Below are positions 16,670 to 25,113 of a stretch of 64,000 bases of DNA, piece after piece. The DNA is from a virus. Lineage: Duplodnaviria; Heunggongvirae; Uroviricota; Caudoviricetes. The position numbers and the translations under genes were made by a program. Each line of letters begins with the position of its first letter. Within the stretch, counting starts at the first letter, position 1. Where the stretch lies: IMG/VR virus record IMGVR_UViG_3300026549_001031. The stretch is one strand, 5' to 3'. A model generated the notes under the pieces. It did no database searches and was not told the DNA's origin. It saw only the letters and a program-made list of their open reading frames with translations.

Positions 16670-16743
16670 GCCGACATAGCTCTAATTGGTAGAGCGAGAG
16701 CCTTGTAATCTCTAGGTTGTCAGTTCGAGTCTGACTGTCGGCT
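16670..16743 (+). tRNA. tRNA-Thr(TGT)
   Basis: AGAGC-CTTGTAA-TCTCT (one mismatch); acceptor GCCGACA/TGTCGGC. Confidence 0.85.
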
Positions 16744-16790
16744 CTCTTATCTCAGATCGCTCAATGAGATAAGAATCCTTTGTATAACTT

Positions 16791-16836
16791 AAAAGGTGCC
16801 ATGCATTACAATTTATGTGGTGTGTGGCACTTTTTA
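16791..16836 (+). terminator. terminator ending tRNA cluster 2
   Basis: AAAAGGTGCCATGCA...TGTGTGGCACTTTTT. Confidence 0.7.
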
Positions 16837-16918
16837 TGTTGTTATACATAGAAAATGTACATCTAAAATATAATAAGAGTATTTTATTTTTTAATTTATG
16901 TTTGGAGGAAAAGAGCGA

Positions 16919-17305
16919 GTGTACATTGAGAAAAATTTGAATCCTAGTGGAAAAAAGACTTCAGACTGTGCTATTAGGGCGGTTGCAGCTGCTACTGATC
17001 AGTCATGGGATAAAGTTTATATGGACTTAGCTAACACAGGTTTTCAACTTAAGAAGGAAATGAGTGACGTTGATACAGTAGATAGGTACTTAACTAGTTT
17101 AGGGTTCATCACAGGTAAGATTAAGGTGGCTAAGGGGCAGCATAGACCGACAGTAGAGGGCTTTGCTAGAAATAATCCTGACAAGGTAGCAGTATTGAGA
17201 GTAGCAAACCATTTAACATGTTGTGCATATGGAAATTATGTAGACATATGGGATTGTGGAGACTGTTCTGTTTATAAATACTGGTACAAGGAGTTAAGGG
17301 GGTAA
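16919..17305 (+). CDS. conserved phage protein (NPxGK..DCxIRA motif; possibly papain-like)
   Basis: GGAGG RBS before GTG; Cys, His (NHL) and Asp (DIWD) in protease-like order. Confidence 0.6.
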   Translation: MYIEKNLNPSGKKTSDCAIRAVAAATDQSWDKVYMDLANTGFQLKKEMSDVDTVDRYLTSLGFITGKIKVAKGQHRPTVEGFARNNPDKVAVLRVANHLTCCAYGNYVDIWDCGDCSVYKYWYKELRG

Positions 17306-17310
17306 TATAC

Positions 17311-17496
17311 ATGATTAGTTCACCTTGTTATGGTTGCACTGAGCATAATGAATTTTGTCATAGCATTTGTGGAGAGTACTTGGACTATGTAAAAGAAAAC
17401 GAGAAAGTGAAAAAGGAGAGGGCAAAGGCTCTTCAGTTCACAGGCAGACACTTTTACAAGGCAACAAATGGATATTGGAGAGAGCATGCAAGATAA
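17311..17496 (+). CDS. small Cys-rich protein
   Basis: PCYGC...CHSIC. Confidence 0.6.
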   Translation: MISSPCYGCTEHNEFCHSICGEYLDYVKENEKVKKERAKALQFTGRHFYKATNGYWREHAR

Positions 17497-17714
17497 GAAG
17501 TGTACATATAAAAATAAAAGAAATAACAGTAGTGAAAAGAGAAAACACTATGATTTCAGTGTGTTTAACAACTATAAATGTGATGGACAGTTGAGTTTTG
17601 AGTTTAATCAGGGAGATGTAAAGATTGTTGAGGACAAATGAACATATGATTGACTTTTCACGTCATTTATGATATAATTAAATTTAAGAAAATAGATTTA
17701 GGAGGACAGTTAAA

Positions 17715-18524
17715 ATGGTAGATGCACGTAGAGTAGGATACAGACTTGCTGAAAGAATTGCCGCTAACTTAAATGCATTAAGCAGTCATGGAAAGGACGA
17801 CCTGCTTGGAAATGTAGTTGCAGTGCTTAAGAGAACAGATTATGGACTTGGTTCACCTGAAGAGGGCAACAGTGCATATTATGTGATCTTCAATGACAGT
17901 GCATTAGCATGCAACTCAATGCAGCGTTTTGGTGCTAAAAGATTTGACGATGACATTGTGTTTGTAAGTGTAAGTGAATTCGTCGATAAGGTAATGCATT
18001 GTGACTTCACATACTTGCAGCTGATGAACAGAAGTGAGATCATATATCAAACTGAGGCATATGATAATTTAGTTGATGAGGTCATTGGAGTTATGAATGG
18101 GGTTAAGTATGCTGAAGATCAGATACTGTTTAGCAGATTCATGATTTCAAAATTAGCAGGGCTTTGCTACGGGGTTAAGAGCAACCTTGATAAAGAGAGC
18201 AACCTTGATAAAAAAGGTGAACTTACAAACAATGTAAAATACATGGTGCAGTCAGCATTGTATAGTCTTGACAGAACATATGTAAACAGAAGGGTATCAC
18301 TGGCAATTGGAAAGGATACACTTATTGATAAGCAGTTTGGTTGTGGCGAGATCAAAACAAAGCAGGACTTAAAGCAGCTTTTAGAGGCAGTGCTTAAAGA
18401 TTATGAGGACGTTATTAAAACCTCGAATGAATACATTGGGAATGTGGAAAACATTAGAACACTGCATATTAAAGTGGCAAATACCCTTGTATTTTATTAT
18501 GAAGATGTCTTAAGAAAAAGTTAA
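17715..18524 (+). CDS. hypothetical protein, possibly an inactive Pol-beta nucleotidyltransferase paralog
   Basis: DYGLGSPEEGNSAYYVIF...FVDKVMHCDFTYLQLM loosely parallels 19508 but lacks DxD. Confidence 0.45.
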   Translation: MVDARRVGYRLAERIAANLNALSSHGKDDLLGNVVAVLKRTDYGLGSPEEGNSAYYVIFNDSALACNSMQRFGAKRFDDDIVFVSVSEFVDKVMHCDFTYLQLMNRSEIIYQTEAYDNLVDEVIGVMNGVKYAEDQILFSRFMISKLAGLCYGVKSNLDKESNLDKKGELTNNVKYMVQSALYSLDRTYVNRRVSLAIGKDTLIDKQFGCGEIKTKQDLKQLLEAVLKDYEDVIKTSNEYIGNVENIRTLHIKVANTLVFYYEDVLRKS

Positions 18525-18543
18525 AAACAGGGGTGGTAGAAAA

Positions 18544-19518
18544 GTGTTAACAGCTAACTTAAATAAAAGGTTCTGTAGGGATACAGGAACAAGCATTGCA
18601 GTGTTTATTGATCCTTATTTTTCAGAGAGAATCAAGTTGCTTGGACTTGAGGAAAAGTACATGGACTTTGAGAAAATGATCAATGAACAGTTTGGAGGAA
18701 TTGAACAACAGTACTTTGAGTATTGTGAACAGGTAGAAAAAGAGGTTCTAGCATTTCTAAAAGATAGTGAGTCACTAAAAAGTTTGCAGACTTGTGATAT
18801 GAGCAAGTATAAAAATACTTTTAGCATTCCTAGTGGAAATGTTTACAAGGGTGACAACATTGGTAAAAAGTACATAAGCATTGATATGGCTAAAGCAAAC
18901 TTCAGTGCATTAGTTCACTACGAGAAAGAAATTGGAATGGACAGTGCAGAAAAGAGTTTTGGACAGTTATGCGGATATGATTACAATAAGTTTATTGATC
19001 ACTTCACAGATAATAAGTTTGTTGCAGAGTCAAAATATGTGAGACAGTACATTTTTGGTCACTGCTGTTCAAAGAGAGTTGTCAACTATGAAAAATGGAT
19101 TATGGGTACAGTAATGGATAAGTTACCTGCCAGTGCAGTAAATAAGGTAGTTACATTGAATAATGATGAAATCATTATTGATGCAGGGGACTTAACATTA
19201 GAAGAGGTAAATGGTCTTAGAATATTAGTTGAACAGCTTTCAGAAGAAATTGTACCATTACATTTTGAATACTTTACACTGAAAGGTTTCTATGGCACAG
19301 AGCAGAAAGTGTTTATGAAGCAGTTCATTGATGAGAATGGACAGCAGAATGGGTACAAGTTAGCATGTAATAATTCAATTGATACAGTGTTCATTGAGAA
19401 GTATTTGCATGGAATTGAAATTACAGACAATGACTTGGTGTTCAACTGTCAGTATGGTTTAGCAAAATTGCTTAAAGTTCCAGAAGCATACACGAAAGGA
19501 ATCAAAAATGTTCAATGA
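18544..19518 (+). CDS. conserved phage protein with polymerase-palm-like motifs
   Basis: ISIDMAKANFSAL, SKYVRQYIFG, LNNDEIII. Confidence 0.55.
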   Translation: MLTANLNKRFCRDTGTSIAVFIDPYFSERIKLLGLEEKYMDFEKMINEQFGGIEQQYFEYCEQVEKEVLAFLKDSESLKSLQTCDMSKYKNTFSIPSGNVYKGDNIGKKYISIDMAKANFSALVHYEKEIGMDSAEKSFGQLCGYDYNKFIDHFTDNKFVAESKYVRQYIFGHCCSKRVVNYEKWIMGTVMDKLPASAVNKVVTLNNDEIIIDAGDLTLEEVNGLRILVEQLSEEIVPLHFEYFTLKGFYGTEQKVFMKQFIDENGQQNGYKLACNNSIDTVFIEKYLHGIEITDNDLVFNCQYGLAKLLKVPEAYTKGIKNVQ

Positions 19519-20569
19519 GAAATACAGAGAGTTGCTTGAGGGAAGTGAGTATGACTTCTTAAGAGAACACAATAGACTTGGTAAAAAATTAATGATGCTT
19601 GTGGTAAGTGGTAGTAAGGCACATGGAACTGATACACCTACTAGTGATACAGACATTAGGGGTGTGATGGGCAACAGTGTGAATGAACTTGTGAAAGTTG
19701 AAAAAGACTTTGGTACTTTCATTGAAAAAGACACTGATACTTGTATTCATACATTTGATAAAACCTGTGATCTTATGCTATCGTGTAACCCTTCAATCAT
19801 GGAAATGTTTGGATGCAGGGATGAAGAAATCATCTATTATGATAAGCATGGAAAAATGCTGATGGACAATTATGATAAGTTCTTAAGCATTAGGGCAGTG
19901 AGCAGCTTTGGTGGATTTGCTAATGCACAGTTTAACAGAATGAAGCACAGCTTAATTGCAAATGGGCAGAATCCTGATGCAGAGTTAGAAATGCTCAAGC
20001 ATAGTTTAGAAAATGCAATGACAGCGTTTAATGCAACTCATCAGGGAACAGCAATTGATGTACAGATCAGAATGGTAAGTGATCAGGAATTAAAGAGAAT
20101 TCATCCTGAAATTAAGACAACAAGCGAATATGACAAACATCACATTTTAGTTAATGGACACTTTAATGAAGCAGATGTCACTGATTTTAAGACAGTAATT
20201 AGTGAGTTACACAAGATTCAAAGTGAGTATGGCAAGTTGAATAAAGAGAATACAAAGAAAACAGATATTAAGCTTGCTAAACATATGATGGACCTGGTTT
20301 ATATTTACCTTGTTGGGGCAGATCTGAACAGTGGAAAAGGAATGATTACTTACAGAGAAAAAGAGCATGACATGCTGATGGATATTAGGAACATGAAGTA
20401 TTTAACACCAGATGGGTTGAAAGTAAAATCTGACTTCTATGATTTGCTGAATGACATTGAAAAAGAATATATGTATACAGCTAAAAATTGTGTATTACCT
20501 GAGAAACCTGACTATGAGGCAATCAGTGATATGAAAAGACAGGTTTATTTAGATATGCTAGCAGGATAG
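19508..20569 (+). CDS. Pol-beta superfamily nucleotidyltransferase (RlaP/Nuc-transf-like)
   Basis: VSGSKAHGTDTPTSDTDIRGV...CNPSIMEMF...LPEKPD. Confidence 0.85.
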   Translation: MFNEKYRELLEGSEYDFLREHNRLGKKLMMLVVSGSKAHGTDTPTSDTDIRGVMGNSVNELVKVEKDFGTFIEKDTDTCIHTFDKTCDLMLSCNPSIMEMFGCRDEEIIYYDKHGKMLMDNYDKFLSIRAVSSFGGFANAQFNRMKHSLIANGQNPDAELEMLKHSLENAMTAFNATHQGTAIDVQIRMVSDQELKRIHPEIKTTSEYDKHHILVNGHFNEADVTDFKTVISELHKIQSEYGKLNKENTKKTDIKLAKHMMDLVYIYLVGADLNSGKGMITYREKEHDMLMDIRNMKYLTPDGLKVKSDFYDLLNDIEKEYMYTAKNCVLPEKPDYEAISDMKRQVYLDMLAG

Positions 20570-21104
20570 AAAAAGAAATAAGCATAAAAGAATTGAGATA
20601 GCACTATATGTGACAAATGCATATGGTGCTATTTTTGTTACATATAAGATTAAAAGAGTGATGCATAGGTGATTTTTTAACAATGCATGTATAGATAGGC
20701 AGTATGAAAAATCAACTAAGCAGTAAGGTTAAATTCTACAATTTTGCAAAAAGTAAATATTAAATGATAAATGGAAAGATAATGAATTGTAACTTCAGTT
20801 CTCTGCTGAAAAATTACAGTAGTAGCAGTAAAACGTGAAATCAACATGGAATAAATGCTAGGACTGACAGTGCGAAAAATTTGGGTGAACAGTGGGTCAA
20901 AAATTGGGGTATGCATTGGTTCTAAAAATTTATGGGAAATAAAAGGGTCAAAATAGGGTTGGAAAGAGAACGAGAAAAGTGTGTTAATTGTGTATATAAT
21001 TTGAAAAATTGAGACAAAAGATTGGGCAATCAGTAAGAAAGTTTAGCATATACATGAGTAGGCACCTACTCATAGGAGGAAGTAGGTGCCTTGTAATTTG
21101 AGGT

Positions 21105-21147
21105 TTTTATCTTTTGTAAAAGATAGTTGGATTTATCTTTTGTAAAA
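21105..21147. repeat. 17-bp direct repeat
   Basis: TTTATCTTTTGTAAAAG twice, 9-nt spacer, downstream of the SASP gene. Confidence 0.7.
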
Positions 21148-21157
21148 GGGGCTTGTG

Positions 21158-21340
21158 TTAGATATTAGACTTAGCCTTGGAAATCATTTCCTTGATCATC
21201 TGTCCTCCTACTCGACCTGCATCTTTTGCAGTTAAGCTTGGGGAAGTTAAGTCAATACCTAACTCGTTTGCAACTTCATTCTTAAATTTATTGAGATTAG
21301 ATTTCATCTCCTGTGAAAATTCGTCTGTACGTCTTGTCAT
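21158..21340 (-). CDS. alpha/beta-type small acid-soluble spore protein (SASP)
   Basis: LNKFKNEVANELGI...LTAKDAGRVGGQMIKEMI; AAAGGAG RBS on the minus strand. Confidence 0.9.
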   Translation of the reverse strand: MTRRTDEFSQEMKSNLNKFKNEVANELGIDLTSPSLTAKDAGRVGGQMIKEMISKAKSNI

Positions 21341-21451
21341 GGTTAAATTACTCCTTTCTTAATAAAGATAAAAATTTTGATGTTGCAGTATTATTATATG
21401 TAGTATAAATAAAATTATTTTAGTAATTTTTGGCTAAATAGGAGGTAAGGC

Positions 21452-21790
21452 ATGGGCGAAAATAATGAGACATTAAGGAAAGAAGAAAAAGACATAGGGG
21501 AGTCAGAGGTTAAGCACGAGAAGAAGAAGTTGACGCCTGAAGAGGAAATGGAGATCGTCAGGAGAGTAAGGGTACAGACACGAAGTGAATATGCTGGCAT
21601 GGTGAGCAATAAGAGTTCATATAATGTGAGTAGCATTGCGATTATGTTCGTTGCAGTACTGGTATTATTTATGCTTGCTAAATATATTATGACTAGCACT
21701 AGAACAGGTGGAAGCAAAGTGGAGAATCAGCAAACTACAGAGCAAAGTTCAGATAGAACAGATTCAGGTAGGGTGGACAGTGATGATTAA
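21452..21790 (+). CDS. single-pass membrane protein
   Basis: AGGAGG RBS; IAIMFVAVLVLFMLA segment. Confidence 0.7.
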   Translation: MGENNETLRKEEKDIGESEVKHEKKKLTPEEEMEIVRRVRVQTRSEYAGMVSNKSSYNVSSIAIMFVAVLVLFMLAKYIMTSTRTGGSKVENQQTTEQSSDRTDSGRVDSDD

Positions 21791-21815
21791 AGGCAAGGCA
21801 GTGGAGGAAAGATAA

Positions 21816-22121
21816 ATGGCAGAGGTTTACTCAGGTATTGAGAGGTTTATGTTTGCAGATGCATATAGTTTATTTCTTAAATACAGAGATATGAAAGATA
21901 TAGACAGTGAATGGGAACAGCTAACACAGGATATAAGTCAACTCACTATGAAGTACAATCAACATAGGTTAATAATGTGTTTAACAATGGCAGTTGCAGA
22001 ACAACTTACTCATAAAATAGAAGATGCACCAATAAATGGTTTATCACATGAACAATGGGAAACAGTTTTGAAAGATAGTCATTATATGTCAAAATTTATG
22101 CCTATTCAAAGAAAATTTTAA
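21816..22121 (+). CDS. hypothetical protein
   Basis: GGAGG RBS. Confidence 0.7.
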   Translation: MAEVYSGIERFMFADAYSLFLKYRDMKDIDSEWEQLTQDISQLTMKYNQHRLIMCLTMAVAEQLTHKIEDAPINGLSHEQWETVLKDSHYMSKFMPIQRKF

Positions 22122-22129
22122 TTTATTTG

Positions 22130-22158
22130 TTGACAAAATATGGGAAGTAGTATATAAT
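22130..22158 (+). promoter_or_regulatory. sigma-A promoter of the DUF2828/ncRNA unit
   Basis: TTGACA-17-TATAAT; implies a ~210-nt leader. Confidence 0.85.
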
Positions 22159-22229
22159 AAATATTGTTGAGAGGTAAGGAAGTAAAGCAACAAGTTGTTT
22201 GAGGATTCTTACTTCGAAACATTGAAACT

Positions 22230-22287
22230 GGTGTACTTACAGCAATCTTTTATAAAACATTTCAGGGTAAAGTTTTTATAGTACACT
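22230..22287 (+). ncRNA. TACAGCAAT-motif RNA 'B'
   Basis: Stem GGTGTACT/AGTACACT; TACAGCAAT 22238-22246; inner hairpin TATAAAAC/GTTTTTATA. Confidence 0.7.
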
Positions 22288-22299
22288 GTAGTTAAGTTT

Positions 22300-22354
22300 G
22301 AGGTGCCTACAGCAATTTTTAAATCACATTAGGCATGTATGAAATGTGCACCTT
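22300..22354 (+). ncRNA. TACAGCAAT-motif RNA 'C'
   Basis: Stem GAGGTGC/GCACCTT; TACAGCAAT 22308-22316; ends 6 nt before the AGGAGG RBS. Confidence 0.7.
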
Positions 22355-22374
22355 GTAAACAGGAGGAAAACAAA

Positions 22375-23859
22375 ATGGGTTTAGGATCAGCAATCAGAGA
22401 AGAGGCGTCATGGGGAAAAACGACCAATGGTGCAGATGCAAGGGTAGCAACTGGCAGTGCTTTGCTTGATATGTTTGGACGTGCAGGAGCAATGCGTGGA
22501 GCAGATGAGATTGATAAGCAGATTATGATCTCACAGGCATTCAAGGAAAATGCAGACTTCGCAGTGAAGTTATTGTTCTACACGAGAGATGTTCGTGAGG
22601 GCTATGGTGAAAGAGATACCTTCCATACCATGTTAAGATGGCTTGCATTTGAATCAAAAGAGTCAGTGGAGAAAAATCTCTGGGCAATTCTGGAGTTTGG
22701 AAGAGCAAGTGACCTTTATGCACTTGTTGGAACACCTGCAGAGGATGCAATGTGGGAGTTTATGAGAAATCAGTTCGAACTCGACTACAAAAACATGCAG
22801 GCAGGTAAGAGTATTTCACTACTTGCAAAATGGATGGCTTCGCCTAATTCAAGAACAGCTAAGAAAAAGCAGCTTGGTAAACTGACAGCTAAGGCACTTG
22901 GCTACTCATACAAAAATATGAGAGAGCTTAAGCAGAAAATCAGTGCAATGCGTAAATACCTTGATCTGCCTGAAGTAAAAATGGCAGCAGGCAAGTGGGG
23001 CGAGATTGAGTACAGTACTTGCGCATCGAAAGCACTTCTGTATCACAAGAATGCATTTGCAAGACATGATATGCAGAGATGGCAGGAATACCTGGAGTCA
23101 GTTAACAAGGGCGAAGAGAAGATGAATACAGGCACTTTGACACCTTGTGACATTGTTGCAAAATACAATGACCTGTCTAATGTAGACAAGGCATTGGAGA
23201 CAATGTGGGATAACCTTGAGGATGTAAACGATGGCAATGTGCTTGTAATGGCAGATACATCAGGTTCAATGTTCCACAATCATTTTGGAGGATTAAGACC
23301 TATTTACGTGTCAGTTGCATTGGCAATTTACTTTGCTAAGCATAACAAGGGAGACCTCAAAAACTTGTTTATGACATTTGAGAGTAATCCTCACTTCATT
23401 GAAATTAAGGAGGCTTCACTGTTTGATACAATTCATGCAGTAAAAAAGGCAGAATGGGGCAATAGTACAAACCTTGTGAAAGCATTTGATAAATTGCTTG
23501 AGGTCTGTGTTAAAGGTGGTGTGTCACAGGAAGATATGCCTAAAGCAATCCTTGTTGTTTCTGATATGCAGATCAATTCAGCATCAAGTGCTTGTGATGG
23601 GGAGGGTCGTATCAGTTTCTTTGAAAGCATGTCTAAGAAATATGAGAAGGCAGGATACAAAATGCCACAGCTTGTATTTTGGAATGTAAATGCAAAGAGA
23701 GCAACATTCCATGCATCAAAAGATGATGCAGGAGCATCCCTTGTAAGTGGATTTTCAGTGAATGTGTTTAAGCAGGTCATCGAATGTATTGGTTCTACAC
23801 CATACGAGTTGATGATGAGCATTCTTGAATCCGAGAGATACAAGGACATTGTTGCATAA
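22375..23859 (+). CDS. DUF2828-family protein (TROVE/Ro60-like helical region plus vWA domain)
   Basis: TTNGA, LLFYTRDVREGYGER, SLLAKWM, vWA MIDAS DTSGSM, WGNSTNL, VVSDMQ, LVFWNV, LVSGFS. Confidence 0.85.
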   Translation: MGLGSAIREEASWGKTTNGADARVATGSALLDMFGRAGAMRGADEIDKQIMISQAFKENADFAVKLLFYTRDVREGYGERDTFHTMLRWLAFESKESVEKNLWAILEFGRASDLYALVGTPAEDAMWEFMRNQFELDYKNMQAGKSISLLAKWMASPNSRTAKKKQLGKLTAKALGYSYKNMRELKQKISAMRKYLDLPEVKMAAGKWGEIEYSTCASKALLYHKNAFARHDMQRWQEYLESVNKGEEKMNTGTLTPCDIVAKYNDLSNVDKALETMWDNLEDVNDGNVLVMADTSGSMFHNHFGGLRPIYVSVALAIYFAKHNKGDLKNLFMTFESNPHFIEIKEASLFDTIHAVKKAEWGNSTNLVKAFDKLLEVCVKGGVSQEDMPKAILVVSDMQINSASSACDGEGRISFFESMSKKYEKAGYKMPQLVFWNVNAKRATFHASKDDAGASLVSGFSVNVFKQVIECIGSTPYELMMSILESERYKDIVA

Positions 23860-23880
23860 GTAACAATAAGAAGATTGAAT

Positions 23881-23929
23881 ATGCATCAGTTGATAAAACT
23901 CAACTTCAGTGTTTTACCAACTGATGCAT
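23881..23929. repeat. inverted repeat / hairpin
   Basis: ATGCATCAGTTGATAAAAC...GTTTTACCAACTGATGCAT. Confidence 0.7.
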
Positions 23930-23944
23930 TGAAAATAAAAATAT

Positions 23945-24078
23945 GACGATGTAGCTCAGCTGGTAGAGCACCTGGAATATATTTTTGTGATTCATGTTGT
24001 TTATCTGTGAATCCTACAGCAATCATTTTTAAATGTTGGCAGCCAGGGGGGTCATAGGTTCGAATCCTATCATCGTCA
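23945..24078 (+). ncRNA. TACAGCAAT-motif RNA 'D': full tRNA body with a 67-nt insert replacing the anticodon loop (permuted Y-RNA/YrlA-like)
   Basis: Acceptor GACGATG/CATCGTC-A, D arm GCTC-AGCTGGTA-GAGC, stem CCTGG/CCAGG, T arm ATAGG-TTCGAAT-CCTAT; insert holds GATTCAT/GTGAATC plus CTACAGCAAT. Confidence 0.8.
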
Positions 24079-24162
24079 CTGACATGCATAGTAGTGCATG
24101 CATGTCATTGTCCTTAGTTTTTGTGCAGTGATTTTGTAGGATAAAGTCGTTGCAGTGATCCA

Positions 24163-24205
24163 GAAAAGAGCCCTCAGGTGGTGGTGTACCTGAGGGCTCT
24201 TTTCA
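24163..24205 (+). terminator. intrinsic terminator
   Basis: GAAAAGAGCCCTCAGGT...ACCTGAGGGCTCTTTTC. Confidence 0.85.
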
Positions 24206-24278
24206 TATGCATTGAATGGAGCATTGAAATATAATAAAAAGAATTTTTAATTTCTTTGTTTAGCAGGAGGATTGTGGA

Positions 24279-25049
24279 ATGTTTGCATGTGAATTATATT
24301 TAGACGATTGCTTTAAGAGAATGGAACAGCTAATTTCAGAGGGTAGACAAGTGGATGCTATTATCTGTGACGTACCTTATAATATAGGCATAGCTGATTG
24401 GGATACAAGCTTTGATGTAGAAAAGGCATTGAAATTGTGTTATCAGTTACTTAAAGAAAATGGTAACATCATTATATTTCAGGGTTGGAGTGAAGTATGC
24501 AAGACAATAGACATTATGAATAAATTGTTTACTCCTATGAACTGGATAATTTGGGACAGGGTCAAGGGGCGTGGAGCATCTAAAAATCTTGTTTCTACAA
24601 GAGAGGATATTTTGTGGTACTGCAAGGGAGAAAATGCAACATTTCATAAACAAATGTCTAACATAGTTAAGAAGACATCTGGCATGGGTGATAAGAATGG
24701 AATGGATACAAGAGCACTAACTAATGTTTGGTATGACATAGGATCATTGGTGCCTTGGTCACCTGAAAGTGAAGAGGGCAAGAATAGTAATGGAGATAGA
24801 CATCCTTCACAAAAACCTGTTGAACTTATGGAAAGGTGTATTAAGCTTTGGACAAGTCCTATGGATACAGTGTTAGATTTTACAATGGGCACTGGAACAA
24901 CAGGTGTGGCATGTAGAAACTTAAACAGAAACTTTATAGGTATTGAGAAAGACAATGAGTGGTTTAGTATTGCACAGAGAAGAATAAACAATACAGAGAG
25001 TGAAAACAGCAATGCAGAGGATGATGTTTATGATGGACTCGACTTTTAG
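24279..25049 (+). CDS. site-specific DNA methyltransferase (N4/N6, beta class)
   Basis: ICDVPY (motif IV) before HPSQKP and DFTMGTGTTG (motif I). Confidence 0.9.
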   Translation: MFACELYLDDCFKRMEQLISEGRQVDAIICDVPYNIGIADWDTSFDVEKALKLCYQLLKENGNIIIFQGWSEVCKTIDIMNKLFTPMNWIIWDRVKGRGASKNLVSTREDILWYCKGENATFHKQMSNIVKKTSGMGDKNGMDTRALTNVWYDIGSLVPWSPESEEGKNSNGDRHPSQKPVELMERCIKLWTSPMDTVLDFTMGTGTTGVACRNLNRNFIGIEKDNEWFSIAQRRINNTESENSNAEDDVYDGLDF

Positions 25050-25065
25050 AGACTGATACATAGAC

Positions 25066-25094
25066 TTGATATTTTCAATAAAATGTGATATAAT
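25066..25094 (+). promoter_or_regulatory. conserved promoter class
   Basis: Identical to 13018-13046. Confidence 0.75.
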
Positions 25095-25113
25095 ATAAGA
25101 AAAGGAGTTATAC

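Noticed and set aside
15178-16743. HDV-like theta ribozymes at tRNA 3' ends
   Set aside because: Could not build the nested double pseudoknot by eye after any tRNA
22174-22215. Hairpin with AAAGCAAC at the start of the DUF2828 leader as another motif copy
   Set aside because: Motif too degenerate and paired internally; not counted
22339-22374. Upstream start for the DUF2828 gene
   Set aside because: Lies in RNA C; the AGGAGG RBS supports ATG 22375
23976-24042. Group I/II intron in the tRNA-like gene
   Set aside because: Only 67 nt, no catalytic core, and no excision found that yields a clean anticodon loop
23886-24089. Minus-strand 67-aa ORF
   Set aside because: Antisense shadow of the tRNA-like RNA
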